Assembly (NCBI GenBank): GCA_038729485.1
Contig: JAVYRX010000004.1
Location: 10,183 to 74,182, forward strand
Direction of reading: 5' to 3'
From: Thermoplasmatales archaeon
Lineage (GTDB): Archaea > Thermoplasmatota > Thermoplasmata > Thermoplasmatales > GCA-001856825
DNA length: 64,000 nucleotides
The notes under the pieces are model-generated. The model ran no database searches. It was not told the DNA's origin and saw only the letters and a list, made by a program, of their open reading frames with translations. The position numbers were made by a program, and so were the translations under genes. How positions within the stretch are numbered: the stretch's first letter is position 1; every line of letters begins with the position of its first letter. Of this stretch, positions 9,997 to 19,634 are shown one piece after another.

Positions 9997-11103
9997 TTGA
10001 AGTTTTCCTCGGAAATGGAAATCCTCTGGTGGGTTATATTCTCACTTAATGTCCTTTTTGCTTCAGGAATCATGCTGACTTACCTCGGTAGAAGAACAGG
10101 GAACGGCCCCTCAGAAGATCACACATTTAAAGGGGACAAGGAGAAGGCTCTGGTTATTTTACCTATTAAGGGCGTTGACTATAAACTGGAAGAAAATCTG
10201 AGATCCTTGAAAGATCAAGAGTGGCAAAATTACGATATTATTGCAGTAGTTGACTCTGATAAGGATGAAGCCCTGCCGTTCCTGAGAAGAGAGGGAATTA
10301 ATTACATGATTTCAGGGGAAGTATGCGTAGACTGCAGTGGTAAGGTGAGGGCAATACTTTCCGCATTGACTAAACATCGGAACTACGATTTTTATGTTGT
10401 TGCTGACTCAGACATAAGAGTTGAAAGCAATTGGCTATCGAAACTTCTTGTTCAACTCCATGATCCTAAAATCGGGGTGTCTACGACATTTCCATTATTC
10501 TATCCAGAGGGAGGGTTTTGGAGCAAGTTTAAAATGTTTTGGGGATCAGTAGGGCAGTCAATGATGGAGTCAAATTTGACAAAGTTTGTCTGGGGAGGAT
10601 CTATGGCATTCAGGAAAGATTTCGTCGATGAAAGATTCATTGAGCAATTCTCTCATTCCATTTCCGATGACATAGCAGTTTTAAGAATAGCAAAGTCTAG
10701 GGGACTTGAAATCTCGTACGTTCCAGATGCAAGACCAAAGGTACATTCCAAGGACGACTTCAGAACATTCATGGAGTGGTCAAATCGCCAAACTTCATTC
10801 TCGATTTATTCAACTAGGAAGGTATTCGTTTTTGGAATGATATACTATCTAGTTTACATTTATCTCTTGCTGTCATCGATCGTTCTTGCAATATATGTGA
10901 ACTTAATTTTCATCATATTCATGTTCCCATTTTTATTTAATTCGGTCAATACCCAACGAAAATTGCCGGTTAAGATGTGGTACTTTATCATTGTAACTTT
11001 CATTTTACCTTTCATCTATTCTTGGAATCTAATACAGGGAATGTTGCGTGGTAGTGTTTCATGGCGAGGCTCCGTATATTTACTTTCTAGAAATAACCTA
11101 TAA
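9997..11103 (+). CDS. Membrane glycosyltransferase, family 2 (ceramide-glucosyltransferase-like architecture)
   Basis: N-terminal TM segment, then ILPIKGVD..ENLRSL and VADSDIRV (DxD-type), then several C-terminal TM helices. The TTG at 9997 or the ATG at 10015 is the start. Confidence 0.7.
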   Translation: MKFSSEMEILWWVIFSLNVLFASGIMLTYLGRRTGNGPSEDHTFKGDKEKALVILPIKGVDYKLEENLRSLKDQEWQNYDIIAVVDSDKDEALPFLRREGINYMISGEVCVDCSGKVRAILSALTKHRNYDFYVVADSDIRVESNWLSKLLVQLHDPKIGVSTTFPLFYPEGGFWSKFKMFWGSVGQSMMESNLTKFVWGGSMAFRKDFVDERFIEQFSHSISDDIAVLRIAKSRGLEISYVPDARPKVHSKDDFRTFMEWSNRQTSFSIYSTRKVFVFGMIYYLVYIYLLLSSIVLAIYVNLIFIIFMFPFLFNSVNTQRKLPVKMWYFIIVTFILPFIYSWNLIQGMLRGSVSWRGSVYLLSRNNL

Positions 11104-11116
11104 AAGAAGTGTTCTA

Positions 11117-11150
11117 TTCCCTAACTTGAATTTGCTTGTAAGTTAGGGAA
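11117..11150. repeat. Perfect 11-bp inverted repeat (hairpin) just after the glycosyltransferase stop
   Basis: TTCCCTAACTT (11117-11127), a 12-nt loop, then AAGTTAGGGAA (11140-11150). Confidence 0.6.
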
Positions 11151-11408
11151 ATTAGATCTTTTGGAACCACCTTTTTCATTGGAAATCAGTTATATAGGAT
11201 TATTCCAGGCTCATTCTCCGTACCTCAGGGCGCCCCTTGGATATTGAGGAAGGCGTTGAATGCCAAACCTCATAATGCGAGATGAGACAAAATTATGGAT
11301 CGCATTGAATTTCCATCAAAGAAATTTGCGGCACTTCAAATTAAGCTATCAGAATAACGTGCGTCAGCTATAAAATGGATAGAAAGATGCGTAATTTATA
11401 TTATCTGA

Positions 11409-11481
11409 TGCAGGTGCCGGGATTTGAACCCGGGCTAAAGGCTTGGAAGGCCTTTGTGCTACCAGGCTACACAACACCTGC
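11409..11481 (-). tRNA. trnW: tRNA-Trp (anticodon CCA), no intron
   Basis: The reverse complement folds as a cloverleaf. Acceptor is GCAGGTG/CACCTGC, anticodon arm is AGGCC-TTCCAAG-GCCTT (CCA at 34-36), T arm is CCGGG-TTCAAAT-CCCGG, and the discriminator is A. CCA is not encoded. Confidence 0.9.
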
Positions 11482-11682
11482 TTATTCTCCGTAATGATCG
11501 CGGCGTATTAAATTTTCTAACTGCTCTGGACTCTAATGATTATTCTATATGTGTGTTAAGATTAAATGAAATAGGATCTAAAATTCAAAATAACCCTTAG
11601 CGTGAAACGATCTTGACTTTCCCAAAGATGGTTGCGTCAAGTTTAAAGACTTGAGCTATATGAGGGGATAAAAAGTGACAGC

Positions 11683-12186
11683 ATGAGGAAAAATTGGGTC
11701 ATTGTGGGAATCGCACTTCTAATCGTAGGCGCGATCATGGTGAGCGCATCTCTCACTCAGGTTGAAAGGTCATTTCCATTTTCACAACTTAATATGACCT
11801 CAACTGGAAATGGGTACTTCATATCTCCGGCAATAAATGTAAGCCAAGAATCTGAAATTATAATATCATCATCTTCTACCTCGTACTTGATACCGTCTAA
11901 GGACATCTCACTCCTGAACTCCACCAATATAGAAAGTTATGGCATGCATCCTTATCTCACCGAGGGGAATTCTTCGGCGTTTTTAGGTGCAAGTGGTGTC
12001 TACTATGTAGCTGTTCCAGGAAATGTCACGCCAGTGGTAAGGTATGGTATTGTCAGTTCTAGCCTTGGACCCGTTGTGTTATACGGTCTATTGCTTATAG
12101 TTGGTGTAATACTGATAATAGCAGGTATAGTCATTGCGGTAATTGGCCTTTTTCTTAAGAAGAAAGCCCCTCTGAACCGCATCTAG
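11683..12186 (+). CDS. Hypothetical membrane-anchored protein
   Basis: 167 aa with an N-terminal TM helix (WVIVGIALLIVGAIMV) and a C-terminal TM helix. The Ser/Asn-rich middle carries several N-x-S/T sequons. Confidence 0.5.
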   Translation: MRKNWVIVGIALLIVGAIMVSASLTQVERSFPFSQLNMTSTGNGYFISPAINVSQESEIIISSSSTSYLIPSKDISLLNSTNIESYGMHPYLTEGNSSAFLGASGVYYVAVPGNVTPVVRYGIVSSSLGPVVLYGLLLIVGVILIIAGIVIAVIGLFLKKKAPLNRI

Positions 12187-12254
12187 AGTCGTCATGGAAG
12201 ACACAGCATTTCCCTCTTAAAAGGGTTAAATAAGAAAGAACTATCATAACTGAA

Positions 12255-14327
12255 ATGAGGGAGTCATTTACTAACGATGAAATCAGGGGTCTCTGGCGGG
12301 AGATTCTGACAGACAAGAGCGTAGAGATCTCTAGGTTGAACGAATCAGATTCAAGAGAACGAACGCTTCTAATAAAGTACGAAGAAATGGATGCGTTAAA
12401 CAGGGACTTTGCCCTTGGTTTTATCAAGTCGCCTGAAGAGTATCTGAGATTGCTGACAGACGAGCTTTATGACAATTTCCTATCTGAGAGTTTCAAGTCA
12501 AACAAAGGAAGGCGGCTCAATCTCAGGATATCCTCATCGCTGCCCGACCTTAAAAAAGAGATAAGAGAGTTGAGGAGCGCAGATTTAAATACATTTGTTC
12601 AGGTCGATGGCATCGTGAAGAGGGTTTCCGAGGTCGTTCCAACGTTAACCATGGCAGCGTTCAGGTGTTCTTATTGCAAGAACGTTGATCTATATCCTTT
12701 GACTGGGACGAAAATTCAACCCCCTGCAGTTTGTTCTCAGTGCGGGAAAGAGAAGGGGTCCACCGATTTTAAGTTCCTTCCGGAAAAGAGCGTTTACATG
12801 GATACGCAAATAATAGAAGTCCAAGAGAGGCCAGAATTACTGAGAGGAGTTGCTCAGCCTGCAAAGCTCTCAATTCATCTGCAGGATGAAACGTGTGGTA
12901 AGCTAAACCCTGGGGACCGCGTTACGATAAATGGTATACTGAAAGGGAAACAAAAATTGATCAGCGGAGCCCCTTTGAATCAATTCGATATATTTCTTGA
13001 CGCAATGTACATAGAAAAAGAATCTTCTGAATACGAGGAAGTGGACATAGGTCAAGAGGACATCGACGAAATAAGGAGATCAGCGAGCGATCCAGAGATA
13101 TATAAAAAATTGGTATCGAGCGTAGCTCCCACTATCTATGCTATGGAAATAGTCAAGGAGGCAGTAATTTTTCAACTGTTTGGAGGCGTAAGAAAAGTTT
13201 TTGAAGATGGAACTTACGTTAGGGGCGACATTCATATACTTTTGTTTGGGGACCCAGGTACCGCTAAAAGCCAGATACTCAAATACGCAATAAGCCTCTC
13301 GCCAAAATCAGTTTACACGTCCGGCAAGGGTGCTTCTGCCGCAGGTTTAACTGCTGCTGCGGTCAAGGATGAATTTTCAGAAGGAAGGTGGTCTTTAGAG
13401 GCTGGGACGCTTGTGCTCGCTGACGGTGGGTTGGCTGCGGTGGATGAGCTTGACAAGATGACCAAGGAGGACAGCAGTGCCCTTCATGAGGGAATGGAAC
13501 AGCAAACCATAACTATAAGCAAAGCGGGAATTAATGCCACTCTGATGTCACGATGTGCTTTGCTTGCTGCTGCAAATCCTAAGTTTGGAAGATACGACGA
13601 GGCTGAGCCTTTCATCAATCAGACAGATTTCCCCCCAACATTGCTATCAAGGTTCGATTTAATATTCGTTATAGTAGACAGACCTGGGAAAAATGACGTA
13701 GAAATGTCAAATTATATTCTAAAGGTTCATTCAGATGGAGAAAAGATCGCTGGTGGCATACCTATTGAAAAATCTGAATTCAAGCCGTATTTTGAAAGAG
13801 AATTCCTAAAGAAATACATTGTATATGCTAGAAGGTACTGCTTCCCCGTCCTTTCCCCTGGTGCCAAGGAAAAAATAAGCAAATTCTATGTCGAGAAGAG
13901 GTTATCTTCGAAGCCTGGTACAGTTGCGATAACTCCAAGGCAACTGGAAGCTCTGATACGACTTTCCGAGGCGTCAGCAAGGATAAGGCTGTCAGATCGT
14001 ATAACTGAGGAAGATGTGGAAAGGGGCATGAGACTAATGGAATCGTTCCTATCCCAGACCACATTGGTCAATGGAATACCAGACATAGATATCATACTGA
14101 CAGGCTATCCTTCAAGGGAAAGGAAGAATTTGCTTTCGCTTAGCGAAATCATAAGGAGGTTGCAAGATGAGAGTCACGGAAAGGACGTATCACTTTCTCG
14201 GATACTCGAAGAAGCTAGAGGAGTGGGTCTAAGCGCTGATCAGGTGGATAAAAATATCAAGCTTCTAAGAGAAAGAGGACAGCTTATTGAGCCGAGGTCA
14301 GGATACTACAGGCTTGTCAGATCTTAG
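12255..14327 (+). CDS. mcm: MCM replicative helicase
   Basis: C4 zinc motif CSYCKN...CSQCGK, Walker A GDPGTAKSQ, Walker B AAVDELDKM, arginine finger SRFDLIF, and a C-terminal winged-helix-like tail. 690 aa with no intein. Confidence 0.95.
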   Translation: MRESFTNDEIRGLWREILTDKSVEISRLNESDSRERTLLIKYEEMDALNRDFALGFIKSPEEYLRLLTDELYDNFLSESFKSNKGRRLNLRISSSLPDLKKEIRELRSADLNTFVQVDGIVKRVSEVVPTLTMAAFRCSYCKNVDLYPLTGTKIQPPAVCSQCGKEKGSTDFKFLPEKSVYMDTQIIEVQERPELLRGVAQPAKLSIHLQDETCGKLNPGDRVTINGILKGKQKLISGAPLNQFDIFLDAMYIEKESSEYEEVDIGQEDIDEIRRSASDPEIYKKLVSSVAPTIYAMEIVKEAVIFQLFGGVRKVFEDGTYVRGDIHILLFGDPGTAKSQILKYAISLSPKSVYTSGKGASAAGLTAAAVKDEFSEGRWSLEAGTLVLADGGLAAVDELDKMTKEDSSALHEGMEQQTITISKAGINATLMSRCALLAAANPKFGRYDEAEPFINQTDFPPTLLSRFDLIFVIVDRPGKNDVEMSNYILKVHSDGEKIAGGIPIEKSEFKPYFEREFLKKYIVYARRYCFPVLSPGAKEKISKFYVEKRLSSKPGTVAITPRQLEALIRLSEASARIRLSDRITEEDVERGMRLMESFLSQTTLVNGIPDIDIILTGYPSRERKNLLSLSEIIRRLQDESHGKDVSLSRILEEARGVGLSADQVDKNIKLLRERGQLIEPRSGYYRLVRS

Positions 14328-14379
14328 GTGCATCCCCTTATGGCGATCGGTATGGGTGAATAAGTTGATCTGGACCAAA

Positions 14380-14661
14380 ATGTACAGGACTCCTACAGAT
14401 ACGCTACTTGCAGCGGCAGACGAAGAGCTTGTGGGAAAGGAATACAAGGACGGAAAATTCAAGCTGAAGATATCGGAAAGCTTCTACGTTGACGTGCTAG
14501 TAAATGAAAACGTGTTTTCTGACCTCCTTAAAATGTGCACAATTGCAAATCTCGTAGGAGAAAGGTGCATTGGCATAGCAGTTGGCCTTGGACTGGTTTC
14601 CGAGGAAAACATATTGCGGATAGGAGGTGTGCCGCATGCCCAATTCTCAACCATGGAATGA
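14380..14661 (+). CDS. DUF424-family protein
   Basis: The ORF-track ORF (14287-14661) overlaps the mcm 3' end. The in-frame ATG at 14380 gives MYRTPTDTLLAAADEELVGKEYKDGKFKLKISESFY...IANLVGERCI...GGVPHAQ, which matches the archaeal DUF424 pattern as I recall it. Confidence 0.6.
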   Translation: MYRTPTDTLLAAADEELVGKEYKDGKFKLKISESFYVDVLVNENVFSDLLKMCTIANLVGERCIGIAVGLGLVSEENILRIGGVPHAQFSTME

Positions 14662-15703
14662 CCTATTCGTCAGGTTCACCCCTCAGACCATTGCAAGGGA
14701 ATATGGCGTTGAATTTGACGAAATCCGGGACTTTAACATCTTTGTCATTTCGAAGAGGAAGATAGGCCTAGGAAAACCTTTCTTTCAAGCAAATGACCGC
14801 TTCATATACCCATCTTCCTCAGAAAAGGTTAACCAGCTCCTTAGGTCCATAAAATACCCCGCAGGTGAATCATTCTGGTTTCGGGGCAGTTCCAATCATC
14901 ATTTAAGATCCCTGAAAGGGATTGAATTTCCAGAGGTAATGGCAATTATAAATATGACACCAGATTCCTTCTATCCGAAGAGCAGAATTGGGAAGGCCGA
15001 ACTTCTTGATACCCTGGAAACGCTGAAAAAGAATGGCGTTAAGATCGTGGACATAGGAGGGCAAAGTACAAGGCCAGGAAGTGAAAGAATAAGTTCACAA
15101 GAGGAAATAAAAAGGATAAGATCCGCTGTAGAAGCATCATTGAATATGCGATTCATTGTTTCCGTTGACTCATTTCAGGTCGAAGTTGTGAGGGAAAGTT
15201 TGGAAATGGGGGCAAACATGATAAATGACGTCTGTGGAATGGAGAATCCGGAGATGGGGCTTCTTTCAAAGAAATACGACGTTCCCATTGTAATAATGCA
15301 CAAGAAGGGAGATTTCAAGACTATGCAAATATCCCCGCATTACGACAACGTAGTTGAGGAAATTATTTCATTCTTCACAGGGAAGTTGGAAGAAGCCAAC
15401 AATTTGGGAATAGGCGAAAACGTAATCCTTGATCCCGGTATCGGATTCGGAAAGAACTTATCCCACAACATATCTATAATCAAGAATATCCCGGATCTAA
15501 AACTAGGCCGTCCGTTTCTCATAGGCCTCTCCAGAAAGAGTTTCATAGGTTCTATAACAGGGGAAGAAGTAGATCAAAGAGGACTATCTAGCATAATAAT
15601 GAACACAATTGCCCTGATCAATGGCGCGGACATAATAAGAGTTCACGACCCAGAAGAAAATATGAAATTAATTAAAATAATTAAAAAAATAAAAGAAGCT
15701 TAG
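14627..15703 (+). CDS. folP: Dihydropteroate synthase with an unexplained ~105-aa N-terminal extension
   Basis: The pterin-binding domain starts at MAIINMTPDSFY (aa 106), followed by VDIGGQSTRPG, INDV and DPGIGFGK. The upstream 105 codons are in frame, open, and overlap DUF424 by 35 nt. Confidence 0.85.
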   Translation: MCRMPNSQPWNDLFVRFTPQTIAREYGVEFDEIRDFNIFVISKRKIGLGKPFFQANDRFIYPSSSEKVNQLLRSIKYPAGESFWFRGSSNHHLRSLKGIEFPEVMAIINMTPDSFYPKSRIGKAELLDTLETLKKNGVKIVDIGGQSTRPGSERISSQEEIKRIRSAVEASLNMRFIVSVDSFQVEVVRESLEMGANMINDVCGMENPEMGLLSKKYDVPIVIMHKKGDFKTMQISPHYDNVVEEIISFFTGKLEEANNLGIGENVILDPGIGFGKNLSHNISIIKNIPDLKLGRPFLIGLSRKSFIGSITGEEVDQRGLSSIIMNTIALINGADIIRVHDPEENMKLIKIIKKIKEA

Positions 15704-17790
15704 ATGTGCAGAAGGTAGTGGTACATTATTATTCCAATGAAGAGAATCGAAATTGTATTAACTACCTTTACCAGTGGATTTATTGCGGGTCCGGCAGTAT
15801 CCTTTGTAGCGTCGCCTACGGTATCTCCCACTACTGCAGCCTTATGAGCTTCTGAACCTTTGCCGCCGTAGTTGCCCTGTTCGATGTATTTCTTGGCATT
15901 GTCCCAGGCGCCACCTCCTACTGTCATCATTATTGCAAGGGGAAATCCAGAAATTATTACGCCCAGAAGGAGGCCACCGACTGCAAACGGACCAAGAAGG
16001 AAACCAGTGAGTATAGGCGTAAGTACGGCTATTAAAGCAGGTACCATGAGTTGCTTGAGAGCTTCCCTAGTAACTATATCAACCGCTTTTCCGTAATCTG
16101 GTTCCTCCTCGCCTGATAGTATCTTCGGCTTGCTCTTGAATTGTGCTCTAACCTCCTCAACTATTGCGGAAGCAGCTTTTCCTACTGCGTTCATTAGGTA
16201 TGACGTGAAGAAGAACGGCAGTGATCCGCCGATAAGCAATCCTGCCACAACTATCGGGTTGTCCAGTTCAATGTTTGCAAACTGAGGGATAGAAGCTATC
16301 AGGGTTTTGAATGCAGCAAATAGTGTTAGTGCAGCGAGAGCTGCGCTCCCTATCGCGTAACCCTTGGTAACTGCTTTTGTCGTATTGCCTACAGCGTCAA
16401 GTGGATCTGTTACTTCTCTTCTCGTCTTTTCATCGAAACCAGACATTTCTGCAATTCCTCCCGCATTGTCTGTAATGGGGCCGTAGGAATCTATTGATAT
16501 TATCATCCCGGTTGCCGAAAGCATGCTTGCAGCGGCTATGGCAATTCCATATAGGCCAAGTTGAGGATTGCTGCCAAATGAATAGTACGTTATTGTAAAC
16601 GAGATCACTATTCCTGCCACGATTACTATAGCCGGGATAAAGACAGCCTGGAGGCCGTATGCAAGACCTGTTATAATGTTTGTTCCAGTGCCGCTTACGG
16701 ATGCTTTGGAGATCAATGAAACGGGCTTATACCTCTCTGAAGTATAATATTCTGTTTCATAGACGATTATTGCCATTATTATCATGCCGATTATGGCATC
16801 AAAGAATATCGCAAGGTTTCCCTTCATCAAATAGAAGTCTACGACGTAAAAGCCTATGGCAGAAAGAATCACCGTGACTGCTAAGCCCTTGTACATTGCT
16901 GTCATAATCCTCTGTTTCTCGCTCTTTTTTACAAAAAACGAGCCTATTATTGTGGCGATAATCGCCGTTCCTCCTATTGCAAGTGGAAGTATGACTGCAG
17001 CGCTCGTGATAAGCCTTGCCCCTGAGGTTGATGTATAAATCAAATATCCTAGGAGCATTGAGGCAAGTGCAGTAACTACATAGGTTTCAAAAAGATCTGC
17101 ACCCATACCTGCGCAGTCTCCAACATTATCCCCTACGTTATCGGCGATAACTGCAGGGTTTCTCGGATCATCCTCAGGAATGCCTGCCTCTATTTTACCG
17201 ACCAGATCGGCACCGACGTCTGCGCCTTTAGTGTAGATTCCACCCCCGACCCTTGCGAACAGACTGACGAGGGATGCCCCGAAGATGTATCCTATCATTT
17301 CCTCTGGGTTTTTAAACCACATGTAAAATGCAATGAGACCTAAGAGAGCCAAGGAAGCTACCATCAGTCCTGTAACTGTTCCCCCTCTGAAAGCTAGTTT
17401 AATTGCAGGATTGAGTCCTTTCTTTGCTTCCACCGCAGTTCTAACGTTTGCTCTCACTGAAATATTCATTCCTATAAGCCCAGCGACCGCTGAACCAATT
17501 GAACCAACTAGGAACCCCAATGTAAGTTTCCAGGCAGTCGAAACCCCTGAAGATAGGTAGAAGGCAATGAAAATAATTATTGCAAGAATCACCGCAAAGA
17601 TGAAAATGTTTGTGTACTGCCTTCTCATGAACGCGTTTGCTCCCTGTCTTATGGAAAGAGAAATTTTTTCAGCTTTTTCGTCAGTGACTGGAATTCTTAA
17701 GAGAAGGTAGCTTTGGATCGCTGCATAAAGGATCCCTAATAGGGCGGCCACTAGAATAAATAGTTCCCAATAGAACAGGTTTGTAGCCAT
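15700..17790 (-). CDS. hppA: Membrane-bound H+-translocating pyrophosphatase (K+-independent type by motif)
   Basis: 696 aa and polytopic. Motifs are DNVGDNVGDCAGMGADLFE, GNTTKAVTKGYAIGSA (Lys at the position that distinguishes K+-independent enzymes) and GDTVGDATKDTAGPAINPLVKV. Confidence 0.95.
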   Translation of the reverse strand: MATNLFYWELFILVAALLGILYAAIQSYLLLRIPVTDEKAEKISLSIRQGANAFMRRQYTNIFIFAVILAIIIFIAFYLSSGVSTAWKLTLGFLVGSIGSAVAGLIGMNISVRANVRTAVEAKKGLNPAIKLAFRGGTVTGLMVASLALLGLIAFYMWFKNPEEMIGYIFGASLVSLFARVGGGIYTKGADVGADLVGKIEAGIPEDDPRNPAVIADNVGDNVGDCAGMGADLFETYVVTALASMLLGYLIYTSTSGARLITSAAVILPLAIGGTAIIATIIGSFFVKKSEKQRIMTAMYKGLAVTVILSAIGFYVVDFYLMKGNLAIFFDAIIGMIIMAIIVYETEYYTSERYKPVSLISKASVSGTGTNIITGLAYGLQAVFIPAIVIVAGIVISFTITYYSFGSNPQLGLYGIAIAAASMLSATGMIISIDSYGPITDNAGGIAEMSGFDEKTRREVTDPLDAVGNTTKAVTKGYAIGSAALAALTLFAAFKTLIASIPQFANIELDNPIVVAGLLIGGSLPFFFTSYLMNAVGKAASAIVEEVRAQFKSKPKILSGEEEPDYGKAVDIVTREALKQLMVPALIAVLTPILTGFLLGPFAVGGLLLGVIISGFPLAIMMTVGGGAWDNAKKYIEQGNYGGKGSEAHKAAVVGDTVGDATKDTAGPAINPLVKVVNTISILFIGIIMYHYLLHI

Positions 17791-17902
17791 AGAATGGAAA
17801 TCTCAGAACGTTAATAATATTTTTCCCTAATGCATCACATCGATGCCTGGATTTGCAAGGTAAATTTCAGTATTATAAATTGAAAATGAGGAGCTAAATG
17901 TC

Positions 17903-18280
17903 TCAAAATGTTTGGGAGACGCGAATCTTATTTCTATCTATCTTCATACCTCTCGGAGTTACTATAAGGTACTTATTCCCAAGAGCGACTACGTCTCCTC
18001 CGTTGTCAGTTGCAGCCCGTTTCAACTCGCTAACTATTCTTCTCAGTTGAAGCTCATCCGACTGTACGGACCCGTAATCCAATATCAAGACATCTCCATT
18101 AAGAACGACCTCATTGAATTGTGGTATTTCTTCAAATTTCTGAAGTTCGCCAATCTTTACTGAAGTACCCGCACCGGGTTCATCGGAGAATTGATATTCG
18201 TTAAGGTCTATATATTTTCTCGGTTCTTTGGGCGGTCTGTCCGTTCTAATAACTGTTTTTTTCCTGAATGTCATCGGCAT
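17903..18280 (-). CDS. sepF: Archaeal SepF-like cell-division protein (DUF552)
   Basis: 125 aa. KYIDLNEY....VKIGELQKFEEI..F.EVVLNGDVLILDY......ELQLRRIVSELKRAA..NGGDVVALGNKYLIVTPRGMKIDRNKI follows the pattern of characterised archaeal SepF proteins. Confidence 0.75.
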   Translation of the reverse strand: MPMTFRKKTVIRTDRPPKEPRKYIDLNEYQFSDEPGAGTSVKIGELQKFEEIPQFNEVVLNGDVLILDYGSVQSDELQLRRIVSELKRAATDNGGDVVALGNKYLIVTPRGMKIDRNKIRVSQTF

Positions 18281-18456
18281 CTAAAGGGTCACCTACTAAC
18301 AAATAGACTACTTATTAATTAATATTTTCATATTCTTTTGGACATGGAGGCCGCTTTCTCACATTTCCCAATGATCTATTGGCTTCTACATAGCACAATC
18401 CCCTCAATGACTAAATGTTACAGAAAAATATTTTTGTAGGCAGTAATAAGGTGTTA

Positions 18457-18558
18457 CCCGGCTTAGCTCAGTTGGAAGAGCGGTGGACTGTAGAGGGAAA
18501 GCGCGTCGGCGCAACCGCCGCTATCCACAGGTCGCTGGTTCAAATCCGGCAGCCGGGA
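18457..18558 (+). tRNA. trnY: tRNA-Tyr (anticodon GTA) with a 29-nt intron at the canonical 37/38 position
   Basis: Acceptor is CCCGGCT/AGCCGGG (C1:G72, the archaeal/eukaryal Tyr identity pair). D arm is GCTC-AGTTGGAA-GAGC. The anticodon stem GTGGA/TCCAC is interrupted after CTGTAG by about 18494-18522, which contains its own CGGCG/CGCCG hairpin. T arm is GCTGG-TTCAAAT-CCGGC and the discriminator is A. Confidence 0.85.
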
Positions 18559-18908
18559 TTAAAATTCAGATTTAGGGGTTCATGTAATATTGGTTGTATA
18601 AAAGTAAACATTTTGGTTGTTCGGATCGTATTTCCAATAATTCTATAATTTTTAGGTACTGCCGCCTTTTCTTCTGAATTAGGTATTATCTTGAAGTTCT
18701 AGGCCTTGGGTTATATCAATTCCTTTTTTGTAAGAAGAATCTTGGCTGAAGAAAACAAGGCTTGCCTTTTGGTGCGTTTTAATTTAAGCTTTGCCTAATT
18801 TTTATAGGCATCCATGAAAATGATGAAATATCTTAAATGAAATTGATAGAGACCAGGATTTGTAATTTCCTGTGAAAATATTAATAACTACAAAGGCTTT
18901 AGGAGAAC

Positions 18909-19520
18909 ATGGCTTTCATAGACGATCTTGCTCTAGAGCTATTTACGCTGTCGCTTGTCGGGGTCGTATCCATATATCTGACTGGCTATGCGTACATCTA
19001 CTACAGAAAGGGAATGAAGGACGTAGAAAAAGTCATGAAACCAGGGGCCTTTATTCTCGCCATTCTCGGCTTCATTGTGACTATTATGGGAATTTACGGA
19101 GAGATGACCTGGCCTCTTCCTGGCAGTTATAACATACTTTTCTACGATCCCTACCTGTTGTTCGGAATTGTCCTCCTTGCTGTTTCCTTGTCTATTATAC
19201 TGGGACAAAAACTTCAGTTTTCAGGCATTCTGGCATTTTTCTCAGGACTGATTGCACTATACTATGGCGCCAACGCGTATCTCGACAAGATGACATCCAG
19301 CCCCATTGCTATGCTTGGTCTTTACATTTCATTCGGTCTCACGGGAGTTTTCACATATCCATCAACGCTGATTTACGACATTCTGCCTTCAAAGGACAAG
19401 GTCTCTAAACTATGGACAGTCGTTCTAATACTGTTCTGGATTGGACTCTTGATTTCAACGGTTCTTTCTGCATTGACAGCCATTGAAGCTGTTCCTCAGC
19501 ATTTGCTTTCTCCGCCCTAA
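18909..19520 (+). CDS. Polytopic integral membrane protein (possibly DUF981-like)
   Basis: 203 aa with about 6 hydrophobic helices. The family call is from memory only. Confidence 0.55.
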   Translation: MAFIDDLALELFTLSLVGVVSIYLTGYAYIYYRKGMKDVEKVMKPGAFILAILGFIVTIMGIYGEMTWPLPGSYNILFYDPYLLFGIVLLAVSLSIILGQKLQFSGILAFFSGLIALYYGANAYLDKMTSSPIAMLGLYISFGLTGVFTYPSTLIYDILPSKDKVSKLWTVVLILFWIGLLISTVLSALTAIEAVPQHLLSPP

Positions 19521-19634
19521 GATTCTTTTATTTATTTGATATTTTTTAAAATTATTGTAACTAGCATTTTAAAAATATTAGGAAAAATTATGGGTTAACA
19601 GAAACCCATAAATTTTAGACCAAGCAAAAACACC

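Noticed and set aside
12155-12427. 90-aa minus-strand ORF
   Set aside because: It is antisense to the 5' end of mcm and the 3' end of the membrane-protein gene. It has no supporting signal.
15872-17560. Several 60-75-aa plus-strand ORFs inside hppA, and similar antisense ORFs inside guaB, polC, metG, fumarase, cdc6 and the helicase
   Set aside because: All lie fully within well-supported long genes on the opposite strand, and they are Ser/Pro/Leu-rich, as expected for antisense frames.
18415-18648. 77-aa plus-strand ORF
   Set aside because: It reads straight through the intron-containing tRNA-Tyr gene, so it is an artefact.
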